64,000 bases of DNA from Octopus sinensis. Lineage: Eukaryota. The stretch is taken from positions 109,306,001 to 109,370,000 of the forward strand of contig NC_042998.1 in the NCBI RefSeq assembly GCF_006345805.1, read 5' to 3'. Below the pieces are notes generated by a model, which searched no databases, was not told the origin of the DNA, and saw only the letters and a list, made by a program, of their open reading frames with translations. A program made the translations under genes and the position numbers. This document shows, piece after piece, positions 1 through 13,865 of this stretch; within the stretch, counting starts at the first letter, position 1; the number at the start of each line of letters is the position of its first letter.

Positions 1-833
1 TCCTGAATTCTGACAGACAACTTTATACATCAACTTACGGATTTTATTTTGTTAAATGCTTTGTTAAAGTCTTCAAGGCATGTTGATTTATGTCTAGAAC
101 TCTTTTCCATATGGCTCTTAGGTTAAATATTCCCCCTTAAGTTATCACTCCTGCAGTTGACTTATTTCTTCTTTTGTTCTTGCTCTAATTCTCCATTGGA
201 TAAGGCTTAGTAGTAGTTAGGTTTGGTACCAATTTATGAAAAACAGTGAATCAAAATACAATTGAATGAAGCCAATTGCTCAATAAAGAAAATTACTTAA
301 AGTAATAGCTGCTTGAATCAGCAATTAATCAAATTATAGGAACTATTCAAAATATAGTAAATAGTCTAAAGGAAATCAGTTACATTCTCACAATGTATAA
401 GCAAATATTTTTAAAAAATTAAAATGTGTGACATGTTTCTGTTTATAGTCTAAAAACCAGTGTAGTTCATGTTTATGCTCTTTTGTAGCCTTATCTTGTC
501 TTTATCAAAATCTACATTAATTGAATCAATACTTAAAAACTGTACTGATGCTTTACCATATGAAGAAACTAGCAATTCAAAAGCATAATAATTTCACATT
601 ATGGGCAACTGATTATATGTATGCAGTTGTGTTTTTGTATGATGTGTATTCTTAGTTTAAAAGCGCTAGTGTTTAGAGTTCATGGTTCAATACAGCAGAG
701 TTTAGTTTGTAAACATAAACATGACACATACAACATTTATAAACAACACTCGTTTTTACATTTTGATAAAAGAAAATCTGAATAAAGCATAACATAATCT
801 TTTTAGACGGAAATTATTTTAATAGATACTATA

Positions 834-1318
834 GGTGCAGGCATGACTGTGTGGTAAGAAATTTGTTTCCCAACTACTTAGTTTCTTGTTCAGTCCTATT
901 GTGTGACACCTTGGGCAAGGGTCTTCTCATAGAGCCTCATGCTCATCAAAGCCTTGTGATTAAATTTGATAGAAAAATACTGAAAGAAGTCACGTGAATG
1001 TGTATAATCAGACTGGAATTTGATGCAGCCTTCTAGCTTACCAGTTCCAGTCAAACTATCTAACCCATGCTGGCACGGATTAGATGTTGATGATGATGTG
1101 TGTGTGTGTGTGTGTGTGTGTTACTGTCTCCTTACCTTGACATCACATGATAGTTGTGAGTGTTACTGTCATTTTCTGATACTATTTCATGGTGAAATAT
1201 CACCTTACTTGGAAACAAGTGAGGGTTGGTGATAAGGACATCTAGCTGTAGAAAATGCCCCTCTATAAATTCCATCTGACCTACAGGAACTTGAAAAAGT
1301 AGACATTAAAATAATGAT
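834..1318 (+). mobile_element. tRNA-derived SINE (family A, CORE-like caccttgggcaag motif) interrupted by an RTE-type 3' tail fragment (~1010-1096)
   Basis: Head ggtgcaggcatgactgtgtggtaag, central gacaccttgggcaagg, internal (TG)n. Similar copies at ~20916, ~36427 (-) and ~55960. Confidence 0.7.
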
Positions 1319-1689
1319 ACTGTAATTATATCAATTGTTACTCCAACTGTTACTCCAATTGGTTGTTTTCTAAGTGAAATGTTTTCAATAAATTTCAGGT
1401 CAGTCAACTGTCCACATACCTTCTACTCTTTAGACTTATCATTCAAAAAACTGCACATATGATTCCTTAGACTTATGGCCCTAAATCCTGCATAGTCTAC
1501 AGCTTTGGTTTCTTTGGTAATGAAACTAAGATAGATCGTTTGGTATATATCATATTATATAACATGTTAGAGATGCTGGTCATTGTTATTTAATGGTTTT
1601 AACTTAAATTTCTGCTACTTCAGTTGCAGCTTTGAAATCCAGCATTGGTGGTCTGCTCTTAATCATCATACAGTTCTTTTATGTATTCA

Positions 1690-1815
1690 ACTCATTCAAT
1701 TTGTTGGTGGAATTCTTCTATCTCTTCATCTTTGTATTCTTGTGTAGGAGCACATAACTGTATGATGTTGATATTGAAAGGTTTACCTTCTAATTTCATC
1801 AGAATCACTCAATCC
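1690..1815 (-). mobile_element. RTE/BovB-clade LINE AP-endonuclease fragment
   Basis: Minus strand translates VILMKLEGKPFNINIIQLCAPTQEYKDEEIEEFHQQIE*, matching the RTE GKPFNIxxIQxYAPT motif. Confidence 0.8.
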
Positions 1816-2864
1816 AAAATTGTCCAGCATCCAATTAGTAATTTTGTTACAGCATTTTTTCATTAAGGTATAAATACATGGGTGTGTGTATGTGTGAGAC
1901 AGTAGCTTCAAAGTTTCAGCTTACTTGTTGTCATCAGACATCACATAAAAACGAATAATAATATGTGTGTGTGTGTGTTTTGTGAAGCAGTGTCAAGTTT
2001 TACAATTCTGTAAATAATAATAATAGTATTTTATAAACTTAAAGCTTATAACAATCACTGCACAATGACTAGGGAAAATAATCTAATAATGGGGCACAAA
2101 AGCCCTCAACAGAAAAAAGTAGGTTTTCTCGTATGCATGTTTTCTGTCGAGAGCTTATATGCCCCATTATTAGATTATTTTCCTTAGTCATCGTGCAGGG
2201 ATTGCTATAAGCTTTAAGCTTATAAAATTATATATATATCAAAAATTAAATGCACAAACATATGGAAACAGATAAATCCAAAATTCACACATGCATATTC
2301 ACAAATACACACATACCAATGCATAAACAGTCTCATGAGCTTCCATCTTTGTATAAATATAAACTTAAACTTCATTTAAACTTTCATCATAGTTTTTCTC
2401 CTAATAATAAGTTTGCTTATTTTTTGTGGAGATTAATTTATACTTGAAAGCTCTGCTAAAATCTATAATTTCTTAGATTAACCTAACTTCACTCCCAAAC
2501 TTAGAACCTTTTTAACTAATTTATGGCTATTTTCAATAATTAATGAGGATCTTTAATAAAAAGAAAAATTAGCACTCTCTAATTATAAATTGTAGATGTT
2601 CCTATCTAACTAATATTTCTCATTTAATCTCAAGATCTCTAGTTATATAATATTTATTTTTTACAAAGTCTCAGGACCACAGATCAGCAATTATTTATTT
2701 CTAACATAGATACAATACTGTTAACTAATATCAATTGCTCCCATAGACCCAAGATCACAAGTAAACTAGCCAACATTTATTTTTCAAATAGAAACAAGAT
2801 CACTGATCAACTAATACTAATTTCCAGTTCTGTTTCAAGTATTGATAATTTAATTTGACCAAAA

Positions 2865-3320
2865 TATGAGATGGGATCAAAAAGTTCCCAGACTAGTTGT
2901 GTTTAATACAAAATAACTTACTTACCTAAGTTTTAACATCATCTCCTTCAAAATGCCCAGCAATACACTGGTTTCAGCATTCCTGTCACTTTTGGAATCC
3001 ATTTAGGAAGTCATTTTCTGTAAGCAACTTGAGGATCTTCTGCGATTTGCTGTTGAGATTAAGATCTCAACAGTGGTGTTAAAACAGTAACCTTTGAGCT
3101 GCATTTTCATCTTGAGGTAGAGATGGAAGTCTGTTGGTGCTAAATCTGGTGAATAGGGCAGGTGCAGAAGTGATACCATGTTGTTTTTGGTGAGAAACTC
3201 ATGAGTGAGGAGAGTATGGTGACAGGGTGCATTGTCATCATAAAGAATCCAGTTCTCTGTGCTCCACAGAATTGGTTGCTTCTGCCAAATGTCCGCTCTC
3301 AAACATTTCAAAACATTGTT
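2865..3320 (-). mobile_element. Mariner transposase 3' fragment with terminal inverted repeat
   Basis: ORF 3003-3311 contains WILYDDNAPCH and HLPYSPDLAPTDF (mariner DNA-P-H and YSPDLAP motifs). Decayed FEGD* C-terminus follows, then a TIR-like tatgagatgggatcaaaaagttcccagact at 2865. Confidence 0.9.
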
Positions 3321-5524
3321 GATTGTCCTCCAATAAGCCTCATGTACAAGCTGATGAATTCTTTCTCCATTTCCAGGGATGATGCACGTGGCAGGTCTTC
3401 AAATGTAAAACAAATAGTGAGAACTTGAAGTACGAAATAAGACTTTAAATAAATTTAAAGAAAAAGATATTTTCATGTCAATACTATTTATCATCTCTTG
3501 TCAAGTAAAATTATAAACATTCTATAAATACTTGTGACACTGAGACTAGGGGTAAGTAGTTAATGGAAAGACAATGAGACTTTAAAGGATGAGAATAGGT
3601 TAACAAACTTAGAGAAAACTAAATGTTAGGAAAATATAAGATAGTTATTACGAAAATCACAAAACATGAGGATATGATAAAAAGAAGACTGGCAGGTTTC
3701 TGCCACTACTGTACTCCAACAAGCATTGCCACACAAATAACACAATGAGCTGTGGTTTCTCCTTCCTATTCATATCATAAACTCAGAAATCTAGTAAAAT
3801 TTATGGGGATTATCTTTTGTCTTCTGACTAAACAATGAAAATGAATATAACCTTTTAACTCTAACCATATTTTAGGGGCTAGCTTGGATTACATTATCTA
3901 ATGTATTCTCCCATTTTAAAGATAGTCAGTGTGATGTGGATGAGAATAAAGTATTATTTATAAAATATATTTCAGTGTAATACTTGATCTGAAATTATGT
4001 TCTGAAACAGATTAGTAAAATAGATTTTCAGTGACTAGGTAGATGTATTAGGAAAGTACTTTGATATGTTACAGTATATTATATTAATACAAAAAAAAAA
4101 CATAAATGAAAATAATAATATGTGTGTGTTAAATAGCTATCATAACTCTGCTATGATTAGTTTTCTCTTTTTTTTTTTTTGATGAAAGCTTCAAATGCAG
4201 ATATAGAGAATGATCAATGAATATCCTGTATCACAAGTGATGGGACAAAGATTTAACAAGTCATCTGTATCAGTAAGAAATTCACATTACAACTATGTGC
4301 TTTCAGATTCAATTCCACTATGTGGCATCATATGAAGGTATCTTGCACCATCATCTTGAATTAAGCACAAACTTGTGAATAAAATTAGGTTGTCAGAAGC
4401 TGTTGAAAACCCATCAAAGGAACCATTCCTGTCATTGAGTGGTAGACATAATCTACCACATGGTGTAACACCACTATCTGCTCCTTGGTTGTCTTTAGCA
4501 CAGTCTGCTCTATAACAAGCATTTGAGTCAGGTCTCTATTCTGAAGATAACTTTCCTCCATCCTGCCACCAAATGGTCATAAGTGCTCTTAACCATTTCA
4601 CCACCACAGACAGAGAAAAGTTTAATGTAGAGCAATAAGGTTATAAGACATAAAAAGATGACAACAATAGTGGAATTTGAATGTTTTCATTAGAGATGTT
4701 TGTATCAAATGTCCTTCCCAAATATGTAACAAATCAAATACATTGCTACTTGTAAGAATTTCGTGTAATCTGAGATTCAACTTTCATAGTTAGATTAAAG
4801 ATTTGTATCCAGTTACAGTTACATAATATATGAGTAATTTCTAATTTTGGTGAAAACGCTAAATATATCACATATGGATTTGAATCTATATGCTGAATCT
4901 AGTCAGAATTATCAGTTGAGATATTTCAAGCATATATATTGATACTGAATTATTAGATTTATTGTTACAGATCCACATAAATGTCAGAAAAAAAAGCAAA
5001 CTTTGTACTCATATTACTGTGATTCATTCCCCTGCCTCACATGAATTAAACCTATCTCTACTTCCTGCATCCCCCCTCCCCCAGCTCCGGCAGACTGCCA
5101 TGTCATCCTTTTCTCTTCTTCTCCTCCCACCAACAACTGTATCATCTTTATTACTTCTGTTGCTTCCATCCCACCACTCCCTTCTGCATTCCTCAATCTC
5201 CCCCAACTCGTGGCCCTATGCTCACCTGCCCTTCAAGCTTATCCATTCTGGCAGTTTGCCTCTCCATCACCTCATTCTCCTTCCCAAACAGTCTGATTCT
5301 TCAATTCACAGTGTGCATTGTGGAGTCATCTAGGCATCTTATCCCCTTTATTTGTGTCTTGCAGCTCCAACTCCTCATTTTCTCTTTCTCTCTCCTTCCC
5401 CTACTAAAAGTGAGTAGCCATGAAGATCCTCTACAAGAATCTGCACTGACAGTTCCCCTGCCCTTGCACTCACACACACATTTCTCATAATTTAATCCCT
5501 TCATCTTCTAGCGTGAAGCTGGCC

Positions 5525-5790
5525 CACCATCATCACAGGGTTTGTAGTTCTGTGAGTTGCATGGTGACCTCAATCGAGCGAGTAGCATGAAAAAAAGCAC
5601 CTAGTAAACTCTGTAAAGTGGTTGGTATTAGAAAGGACTTCCAGCCATAGAGACCATGCCAAAATAGATAGTGGAGCACAATGCAGCCCTTGAACACATT
5701 GGATCCTGTCAAACAATCCAACTCATGACAGCATGGAACACAGATGTTAAATGATGATGATGATGATCATGATGATGATGATGATATTGA
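5525..5790 (+). mobile_element. RTE-type LINE 3' tail ending in (GAT)n
   Basis: Shares aaaaagcacc...gtggttggtattagaaagg...cagcatggaa...gatgttaaatgatgat with the tail of the RTE copy at 52120-52920. Confidence 0.75.
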
Positions 5791-6627
5791 TTTAAACCTG
5801 TATAACAGTTTCCATATTTTTCTCCTTGAATCCCAATATTTATATATTTTGCTTAACAACTCTTTTGTAGACAGTACCATTAGTTTGCTTTTTGTTTAAA
5901 TTCGTTTATTGTATACTTAAGTATTTATATATATGAAAAGTTGTATTCACACAGCTACTATTTTGTATGTATCTATTTTGTAATTCTTAGGCTTGTGGGA
6001 CTACACATACTTTCCCTTTAATGGAAGCTGAATTCAACAATTAAAACATGTAGATGAGTAGATTTAAACATTCTTAACAAACTAAATATCTTAAAATTTT
6101 TGTTTTGTGAAATACAAATGTCTGTGGGATAAACAAAAACCAAAACTGCATATGAACTTTGCAAGAATACACACATGCATGCATTTGCACTCATACACAT
6201 ATAGTTACATGCCCGCATATGTATACACACAAATATGTAAATATATACATGTACACAAACACTCACACACACACACAAACACACATATGTATACATACAT
6301 ATATGCATGTGTATGTGTGTGATGTTTACTCCCAGACGAATACAACAGTATTCATTTGTATAAATACACTAGCCTACATACAGGCATACAAATATTGGAA
6401 TATCTGAAATGAATAACAACATCAACAACAACAATAATAAGCTTTTAATGAATAATAACTGTTTCATTTTCAGAACTAATAAAATTCTCTTGAGAAATTT
6501 TCCGGCATTTACATTGAGGTTTAGGCTATCTGATGTTCAGCCATGATGGAGACACTAAAAAGTCAAACTCTAACACTATGTCTGTTTCACAATATTTATC
6601 ATAAGTGTATGCTTTTTCTTTCTTCAG

Positions 6628-6725
6628 GCAGAGCATTACGCATGTTGAGACTAGCCAAGTTGCTAAGCCTTCTCAGGTTGCTACGGCTTTCCCGGTTGGT
6701 CAGATATGTACAGCAATGGGAAGAG
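6628..6725 (+). CDS. HCN: Internal exon of an HCN/Ih hyperpolarization-activated cyclic nucleotide-gated channel, S4 voltage sensor: (G)[32 protein letters not shown]
   Basis: Acceptor ttttctttcttcAG at 6626-6627 and donor GAG|gtttgt at 6726; 98 nt, phase 1 to phase 0. The peptide has the HCN-type S4 pattern (basic residue every third position broken by Ser, ending QWEE). Confidence 0.95.
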
Positions 6726-7107
6726 GTTTGTGTTAGTTTTTTTTCATTCAACCCGCAACTTCAACTCAGATTATATAATTATATATATGTGTAACATTTC
6801 TTCTTAAAAATTTGCAGTGCCCATTTTTCAAATACAAAGGAACACACATGCACGCATGCACATGAATATGCATATGTACATGCTTACAAACATACATACA
6901 AATACACACATACATGTATATGTATGCATATTACATTTGTGTTGACATTTTTATGGTTGTGTGTATGTGGATGTATCAAGTTTACATACAAGTTTACAAA
7001 TAATTAGACATATAATCTATGCAAAAATATATCTGCATAACATTCACATGTATATCTGAAATATGCAGATTAATTAATGTCATACATACATACAAACATA
7101 CATATAC

Positions 7108-7156
<49 letters not shown>

Positions 7157-7720
7157 GACATAGATTGATATATATACACATTTTTTGTATATATATATAT
7201 ATATATACATACAGACGTACACATTTATATATATGTGTTTATATAATTATGCATATATATACATATACAAAAATATATATATATGTACAAACATATATGT
7301 ATGTATATGTATTTAGATATATATATGTGTGTGTGTATGTGTGCGTGCATGTGTGTGTGTGTGTGTGTGTATAAATATATATAAATGCTTACATATAGAT
7401 ATGAAATATAATGTAGCTAATTATATGAGTTTGATAAGCATGTTCACAATTAAATTGCTCTAAAGCAAAAAGGTGAACACATATGCATACATGCTGAAAT
7501 ATACAACTAATTGTGCATTCCACAACATATAAACATACATACACACATATGTATTTGTGCACACACATATATACAAATATATAGATACATACATATACAT
7601 ATATATGTGTATGTACATGTATATATATCTGCATATATATATATATATATATATATAAACAATACATATACATATGCATATATATCTATATACATATAAT
7701 TAGAGAGAGATATCGATATG

Positions 7721-7758
<38 letters not shown>

Positions 7759-7776
7759 TTAAAACATTCACACATT

Positions 7777-7807
<31 letters not shown>

Positions 7808-8178
7808 TATATATATATAGTCTTAATTACATCTATCATAATTGTCTGTTTCTAAGTTTTCCCTGCCAGGTATATTGTCCTTCCCCTTTATTACTAAATG
7901 GCACACACCTTCTGTTCATCAGACACTTTTGTTCATTAAACTTGAATTTAAATTTAATTTTATTTTATTGCATCATAATCATATTGCAATGTTTTACATC
8001 TGTATTGTCTTGTATTTCTTTTGAATAGATTCATAAAAATATCAGCAAATTGGAAGAAAATATTTAGATTTCATTTATTTTGAATTGTCTACTTGTCTAC
8101 TTATGTTGGTAGCTTCTTTTCAAACCTAAATCCTCATTGATAAAAATTTCAATAGAGAAATTTATAACCATATGTATA

Positions 8179-8254
<76 letters not shown>

Positions 8255-8292
8255 ATATATATATACACATATATATATACATATATATATAC

Positions 8293-8327
<35 letters not shown>

Positions 8328-8363
8328 ATATATATATATATAATATATATATATATACACATA

Positions 8364-8397
<34 letters not shown>

Positions 8398-8580
8398 CAT
8401 GTATGTATGTATCTGTATGTGTGTGTGTGTGTATGCATGCACATGTGTGTGTGTGTATCTGTTTATGTATGTAAGAATGTATGTATAAGCTGTAATGCCT
8501 CATCAGTCCTACACTATCCAGCAAATTCTCTTTTTATCCCCCACGAATGTATGTATGTATGTATGTATGTATGTATGTGC

Positions 8581-8628
<48 letters not shown>

Positions 8629-9459
8629 TTGTATCAAAATTTTCATGCATACACAAGAAAGATAGGTCACTCAATATATTCTGGAGATTTTAAATTTATA
8701 ACAAAGAGTTAATGATTCATTGTTACATTATTTAATGTAGCCACTAGTAATGCAGCCCATATTTTCAAATAAGTATGGTCAGTTATTGGTTTAAGATGGT
8801 CATGTGTTAGAAAATATCGATGGTTCTAAGTCCAACCAATAAATAATAATTGAAACTACACAGACAAGTCGCATATTCATTAACAAGAAGAATACTCTTC
8901 ATGATTCGTAATCAAAAATTTCTAAATATTCTTATTGCTTACCTCAGGATATGCAGCTAACTGTAAATTCTACTGAAGAAATATCCATGTGTAGTGACAG
9001 AACATAACACCTTGGATTTTGTATTATGGGATATCATAGGCTGTCCCAGTAGCTGGATCTTTTCAGAAAAAGGAGTTTATAGTCCTATGATATGTTGGAA
9101 TAAGGACTAACTCTATGGGGTGATGGTGACTTTAGTTTTTGAGTTTCCAGATAAATTGAGACAGGGAAGTGGAATTTTTCTTATTCTTAAATGTAAATGA
9201 CAACAAATAAAATTAGAAACTTGGCAGCCAGTGTGATTCAGAGAGTCCAGTCTATTCTTTGATAAAAAACAGTTTTAACAGAGTAGTCCTGTTTTATAAG
9301 AAACTATGCAGGAGCATCTTCAATGACAAGCTAGTTTGAAATCAGAGTTAGGGAGAAGAAACTATTCTGGTTTAACACTCAATCCTCATAGCCAGGAATT
9401 CCTATCTCTTGTAAGGTACCACTTCCTTCCAACATGTAAGTTCTTCAAAGCTTTTGTAG

Positions 9460-9590
9460 TTAGTGAATCGGCAGAGTATTTAGTGCATCAGACAGAATAG
9501 TTCATGGCATTTGTTTTGACTTTGTGTGATCTTATGAGATCAAAGTCAACTTTGCCTTTCATCCTTTTAGGGTCAACAAAAGAATACCAA
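9460..9590 (+). mobile_element. Decayed tRNA-derived SINE, family B (MetaSINE-like central domain)
   Basis: Contains gtcaactttgcctttcatccttttagggtcaacaaa, shared with the copies at 32967, 40468 and 50115. Confidence 0.6.
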
Positions 9591-11407
9591 TCCAAGGTGG
9601 TGGATTTGCACAACTATAAGAACTTTGGACCAGATGACTAACAGAATTTGTTCTGACTCATTGTGTCCTGAGTCCAAATCTAACCATGGACTACTTGGTT
9701 GGTGAACTTAATCTGTTACCTAGTACTAGAATACATTTTTCAGAGTTCACTCTGTTATTCCTTTAGGTCTAGGAACAGGAAAAACTCTACTTCTTTGTCC
9801 CAACTTATTCAGAAGCTCAGAGAGACACTGTTGAGCTACTACAACTTGGAATATTCTCGACAAAGATATTCTGTTCTCTAATAGATCACATGAATTTAGA
9901 TTTTACCTATCTGAAAAGTCTCAGATACTGAACAGCCAGTAATATTCCCTAATAGAAAATGGATATTGCTTCTGGAGAATTTTCAACCAGCTACATATCC
10001 TGTGGTAGTGACACATATTCGGAAAATTCCCAAGTAAAATCTCACAAAATAACCTCCTTTGTCAATGAGGCTAGTCTTCCTTATATTTTAGTAGTGTGGG
10101 CTTACAACCTACAGCATTTTGAGCCACATGGTCCATGTTGAACAATAATAACTGATCGTACTCACAAAAATATAAAGAATTGTCCTAGCAGAGATTGTTA
10201 CATCTTCATCCATTTGAAAAGTGTATGTATATATGTATGTGTATATATGCATGTGTGTGTGTGTGCGTGTGTGTGTGTGTAGTAAAGATTATTTGCCAAT
10301 ATAATGTTGCAGTCCTGGTTGGAACAAATGTTACTGTTATATACATACATAAACATACACGTACTCACACAAACACACTCGTATGTATGTATGTATATGA
10401 ACAAAGGTACTTTAAAGACATTTAAAATATTCCTATAATTTTTCAAATGAATGGAGATGTATATAGGAATTCATTCATATTTGTGGGTATCATTATCTTA
10501 GTGGATAATTGTGTGAATGAGTGTGTCAATATGTATATATATGTACCTATGGTTGACTGCATATTTTATATATATATATGTGTGTGTGTGCGTGTGTCTG
10601 TCTGTTTTCTTGCTTTAAATATGTTTTATAGATTGTCGGGTAGCAATGTCTATTGGTTTATGTTCTTTAATTAATCTATATGTTTACAGTTCAAGCTTGA
10701 TTATTCCTTAGGTTATTATTATTATTTTACATTTTATGTATTGAAATACTGGCAACTTGTGTTTTCAACTATGTTCAATAACTTCCGTTCACTAGTTTAT
10801 TTTAATATTCTATGGCTTTTTACATCCTATAATTTTGGAGATGCCAATGTCCATTTTGATTTTTCTTTGTTTTCTAAGTTTTATTTTTAATTTTGTGTTT
10901 CATAGCAATATGAATGTAATGTTCTATGTTTGAAACTTGATGCCCGTATTTGTGACAATAAGCAGGTGGAGATATATAATAGATACCTCGCTCTAACTTT
11001 TTGCTCTGGTTACTTGTCTAATAATTTCTAGGCAGTGTCTTTGTGGTCTGTTTATAATGCTAGAGTGAATAGTACTGCCCAGGTTCTGAAATCATAATGA
11101 TATCCGATAGGCAGCTGATGATAGATGTATATGTTTGATGTGCTTGTTGATTGCAAATCTTTTTTATCTTGTGCTCTCCTGGTTCTAAGTTGTCCTTCAC
11201 TGAAATTCTAGCTCTTGTAGTGTTAAACTTGTTTTGAGGTTCTTGGTTTCTTGGTTTATGGAGGTTTTGTTGCATATATATAAAGAAAGTGCAATGACAG
11301 TTGCTACAAATAGGACCCTGTGATGCCTCAGAACTCTACTTCCTTGACCCTCCCAATAATACTAGACAGAGAAGAGAGATGGATCAATGGATATATATAT
11401 ATATAAA

Positions 11408-11475
<68 letters not shown>

Positions 11476-11535
11476 TAATAATAAAATCAAAAATTAAATC
11501 TAAAATCAAATCACAATCAAACAGAAATTGTAGTT

Positions 11536-11665
11536 GTGGCCAATGCCAGTGTCGCCTGACTGGCTCTTGTGCTGGTGGCACACAATAAGCACCATTCATG
11601 CAGGGGTCGTTTCCAGTGCCACCCGACTGGCTCCTCATCCTGGTGGCACATAAAAAGCACCATCC
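11536..11665 (+). mobile_element. RTE-type 3' UTR fragment between two (AAT)n tracts
   Basis: gccaatgccagtg...ggtggcacataaaaagcacc also present in the tail at 52700-52770; internal duplication of gactggctc...ctggtggcaca. Confidence 0.6.
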
Positions 11666-11715
11666 AAATAATAATGATAATAATAATGATAATAATAATG
11701 ATAATAATAATAATA

Positions 11716-11770
<55 letters not shown>

Positions 11771-13369
11771 CCCTACAGGACAACATCAATAGGCTAATGT
11801 AATCATGGTAGATAAATAAAGCTGTGGCATTTTAGCTTTAATACCTCCTTTAAACTGGTAATTTTGGCTGGCAACAATAGAATATAGTTCTCACTATAAC
11901 ACCTTTCTGTCTGAACAACAAATCTGTGATAATTATCTTCTTGCTAGAGTAAAGGCTTTAGTTTCAGTATTAGAATATAGTCTGGAAGGTGTCTTAATCT
12001 AATTTCTGTAACAATTTATTATTTTGGAAAATTGAATTTTTTCTGAAACGGATTACTATAGAATTGCTATATAGGTCAGTAAAACCTTTGATGAGAATTA
12101 CTAACTTTGTTTTCTAAGACTGGCAGATTTACAGTATAATATTTATTTTATATTGTCAATCCACTACTTTATATTGTTCCTTTGTATTTTGTTGGCAGTG
12201 CATCAAAAAATGCAATTTTCAATTGTTTCTATCTAAGAAAAATACTATTCTTGACATATCTTGTTAATCTCAATTTTTTCAGAATTCCATATATATTTTT
12301 TAATTTTCTTTCTACCTTTCTGCTATATTTCATATTTGTTTGTCTTCTAACAGATGCTTTTAGACTCTGTTACCATTGCATGTCTTTTGTCATTTTTATA
12401 TATTTTTGGCAAAACTGTATCAATTTAAAAACAAAAACAATTATATTACAAGTTCGACTTTAACCTCTTCACCATAGCTTAGTTACTTTTTTCTCACTTG
12501 TTTTATTTATACTTATCTATTAAACTACTTTTAGATCTCAGTCAGCTCTTCCACCTGCTTCTTTATCTACCAGTTTGTGTCTTTTCATATCCCTACATTC
12601 ACTTCTTGCTATAGGATTAGTTCTGGGTCATGTGATATGAAGAACTGGTTAGATATACATATCATGTATATTGGAGGAAAAGAAATAAATTTCAATAAAT
12701 TATACTAGGAAAGAAGAGAAATTTCCAAGTATTCTTTACTAGAATTGTATGTTGGATCCAGAAAAGTAAAATCTGGTTTCATATCCACACTAACTTATAT
12801 CTAACTTGGGAAACATACAAAGCTAAGGAAGTTCTCTAGGTAATCTGGTTTCTGAAACTTATCTTCAGATGCTTCTCTGACTAATCTTATTGTTAGGTTC
12901 ACCAAGTTTTCACTCCTACAGAATAGAAAAGTAATTAAACTGATGAAGAGTAATGTTATACAGTAGAAGCTGCTTAAGTCTCTCCTAAATTTAGTCTAGG
13001 CTTAAAACCTAAAGAATTCACTGCAGATGTTAATGCTACTTAACAGAGTTTTCCTTGGATTCTTTATTTCCCATTCTCTTTGTTTGTGCCATACATATTT
13101 CTGCATAATAATTTTAAAATATTAGAAAACATACCACTGGAATAGCTACAGATAAAGGAAGACTCTGTAAAAGTCAATCTTGAGTGTATTAGAAATCTTA
13201 GAGTTTCTCTTGTCAATTACTGTTCATCTGAAACTAGGCAACCTAAGGTGATGATAGATACAGTTTGTTCTGCCACATCTGAAATGTAGTTCCTAGGTCA
13301 GTATATCAATCATTCCTTTAAAATATCAAAGTCTAGAAACCCAAGGTAGAAAGCTGCTTACTTTTATTT

Positions 13370-13612
13370 CTGGAAATCTGAAAATATTGAGATAAATTGC
13401 TCCTCTGTTTCTAGAATATCTGAAAATATTAATTACATAAATAATTCTTGGGATATCTGATAATATTAATTAGGAAAATAACATTTGGAATATCTAAAAT
13501 GCTGAATAAATAAAGAATTCCTGGAATATCTGAAAATATTGATTAAATTCATGATTGCTAGAATATCTGAAAATATTCACTAGAAAATAGCTCTTGCCTT
13601 CTCTGAAAATAC
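13370..13612. repeat. Degenerate ~37-bp minisatellite with 22-bp conserved core ctggaatatctgaaaatattga
   Basis: Cores start at 13370, 13411, 13448, 13485, 13521 and 13558, with a partial copy near 13598. Confidence 0.8.
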
Positions 13613-13699
13613 AAATTCAATAAATTTTAAAGGGAAATTTAATATTTTAAGTAATGAAATTACAAAACAAAATCTTCTATTGTAATTCCCCTCATTTTA

Positions 13700-13865
13700 G
13701 GGTGAATTTTGAGAATTGAAACTCCAATATTTAACTGGTACTTTATTTTATTGACCTCAGAATGATGAAAGACAAAGTTGACTTCAAAAGAATTTCATCT
13801 CAGAAGTTACAAAGTAAATATTGCAGCCATTTTATCTGGTGCTCTTCTAATTCTGCCAATTCACT
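13700..13865 (-). mobile_element. Decayed SINE family B
   Basis: Reverse complement contains gtcaactttgtctttcatcattctgaggtcaataaaataaagtaccagtt. Confidence 0.6.

Noticed and set aside
1393-1404. tttcAG|GTcagt recursive splice site on + strand
   Set aside because: Weak polypyrimidine tract; expected by chance in 64 kb.
6460-6525. Possible extra exon ttttcAG|aactaat...cattgag|gtttag just upstream of S4
   Set aside because: The only open frame is phase 2/2, incompatible with the phase-1 start of the S4 exon; peptide not HCN-like.
13370-13612. CRISPR array
   Set aside because: Eukaryotic intron, no cas genes, spacers too short and mutually similar.
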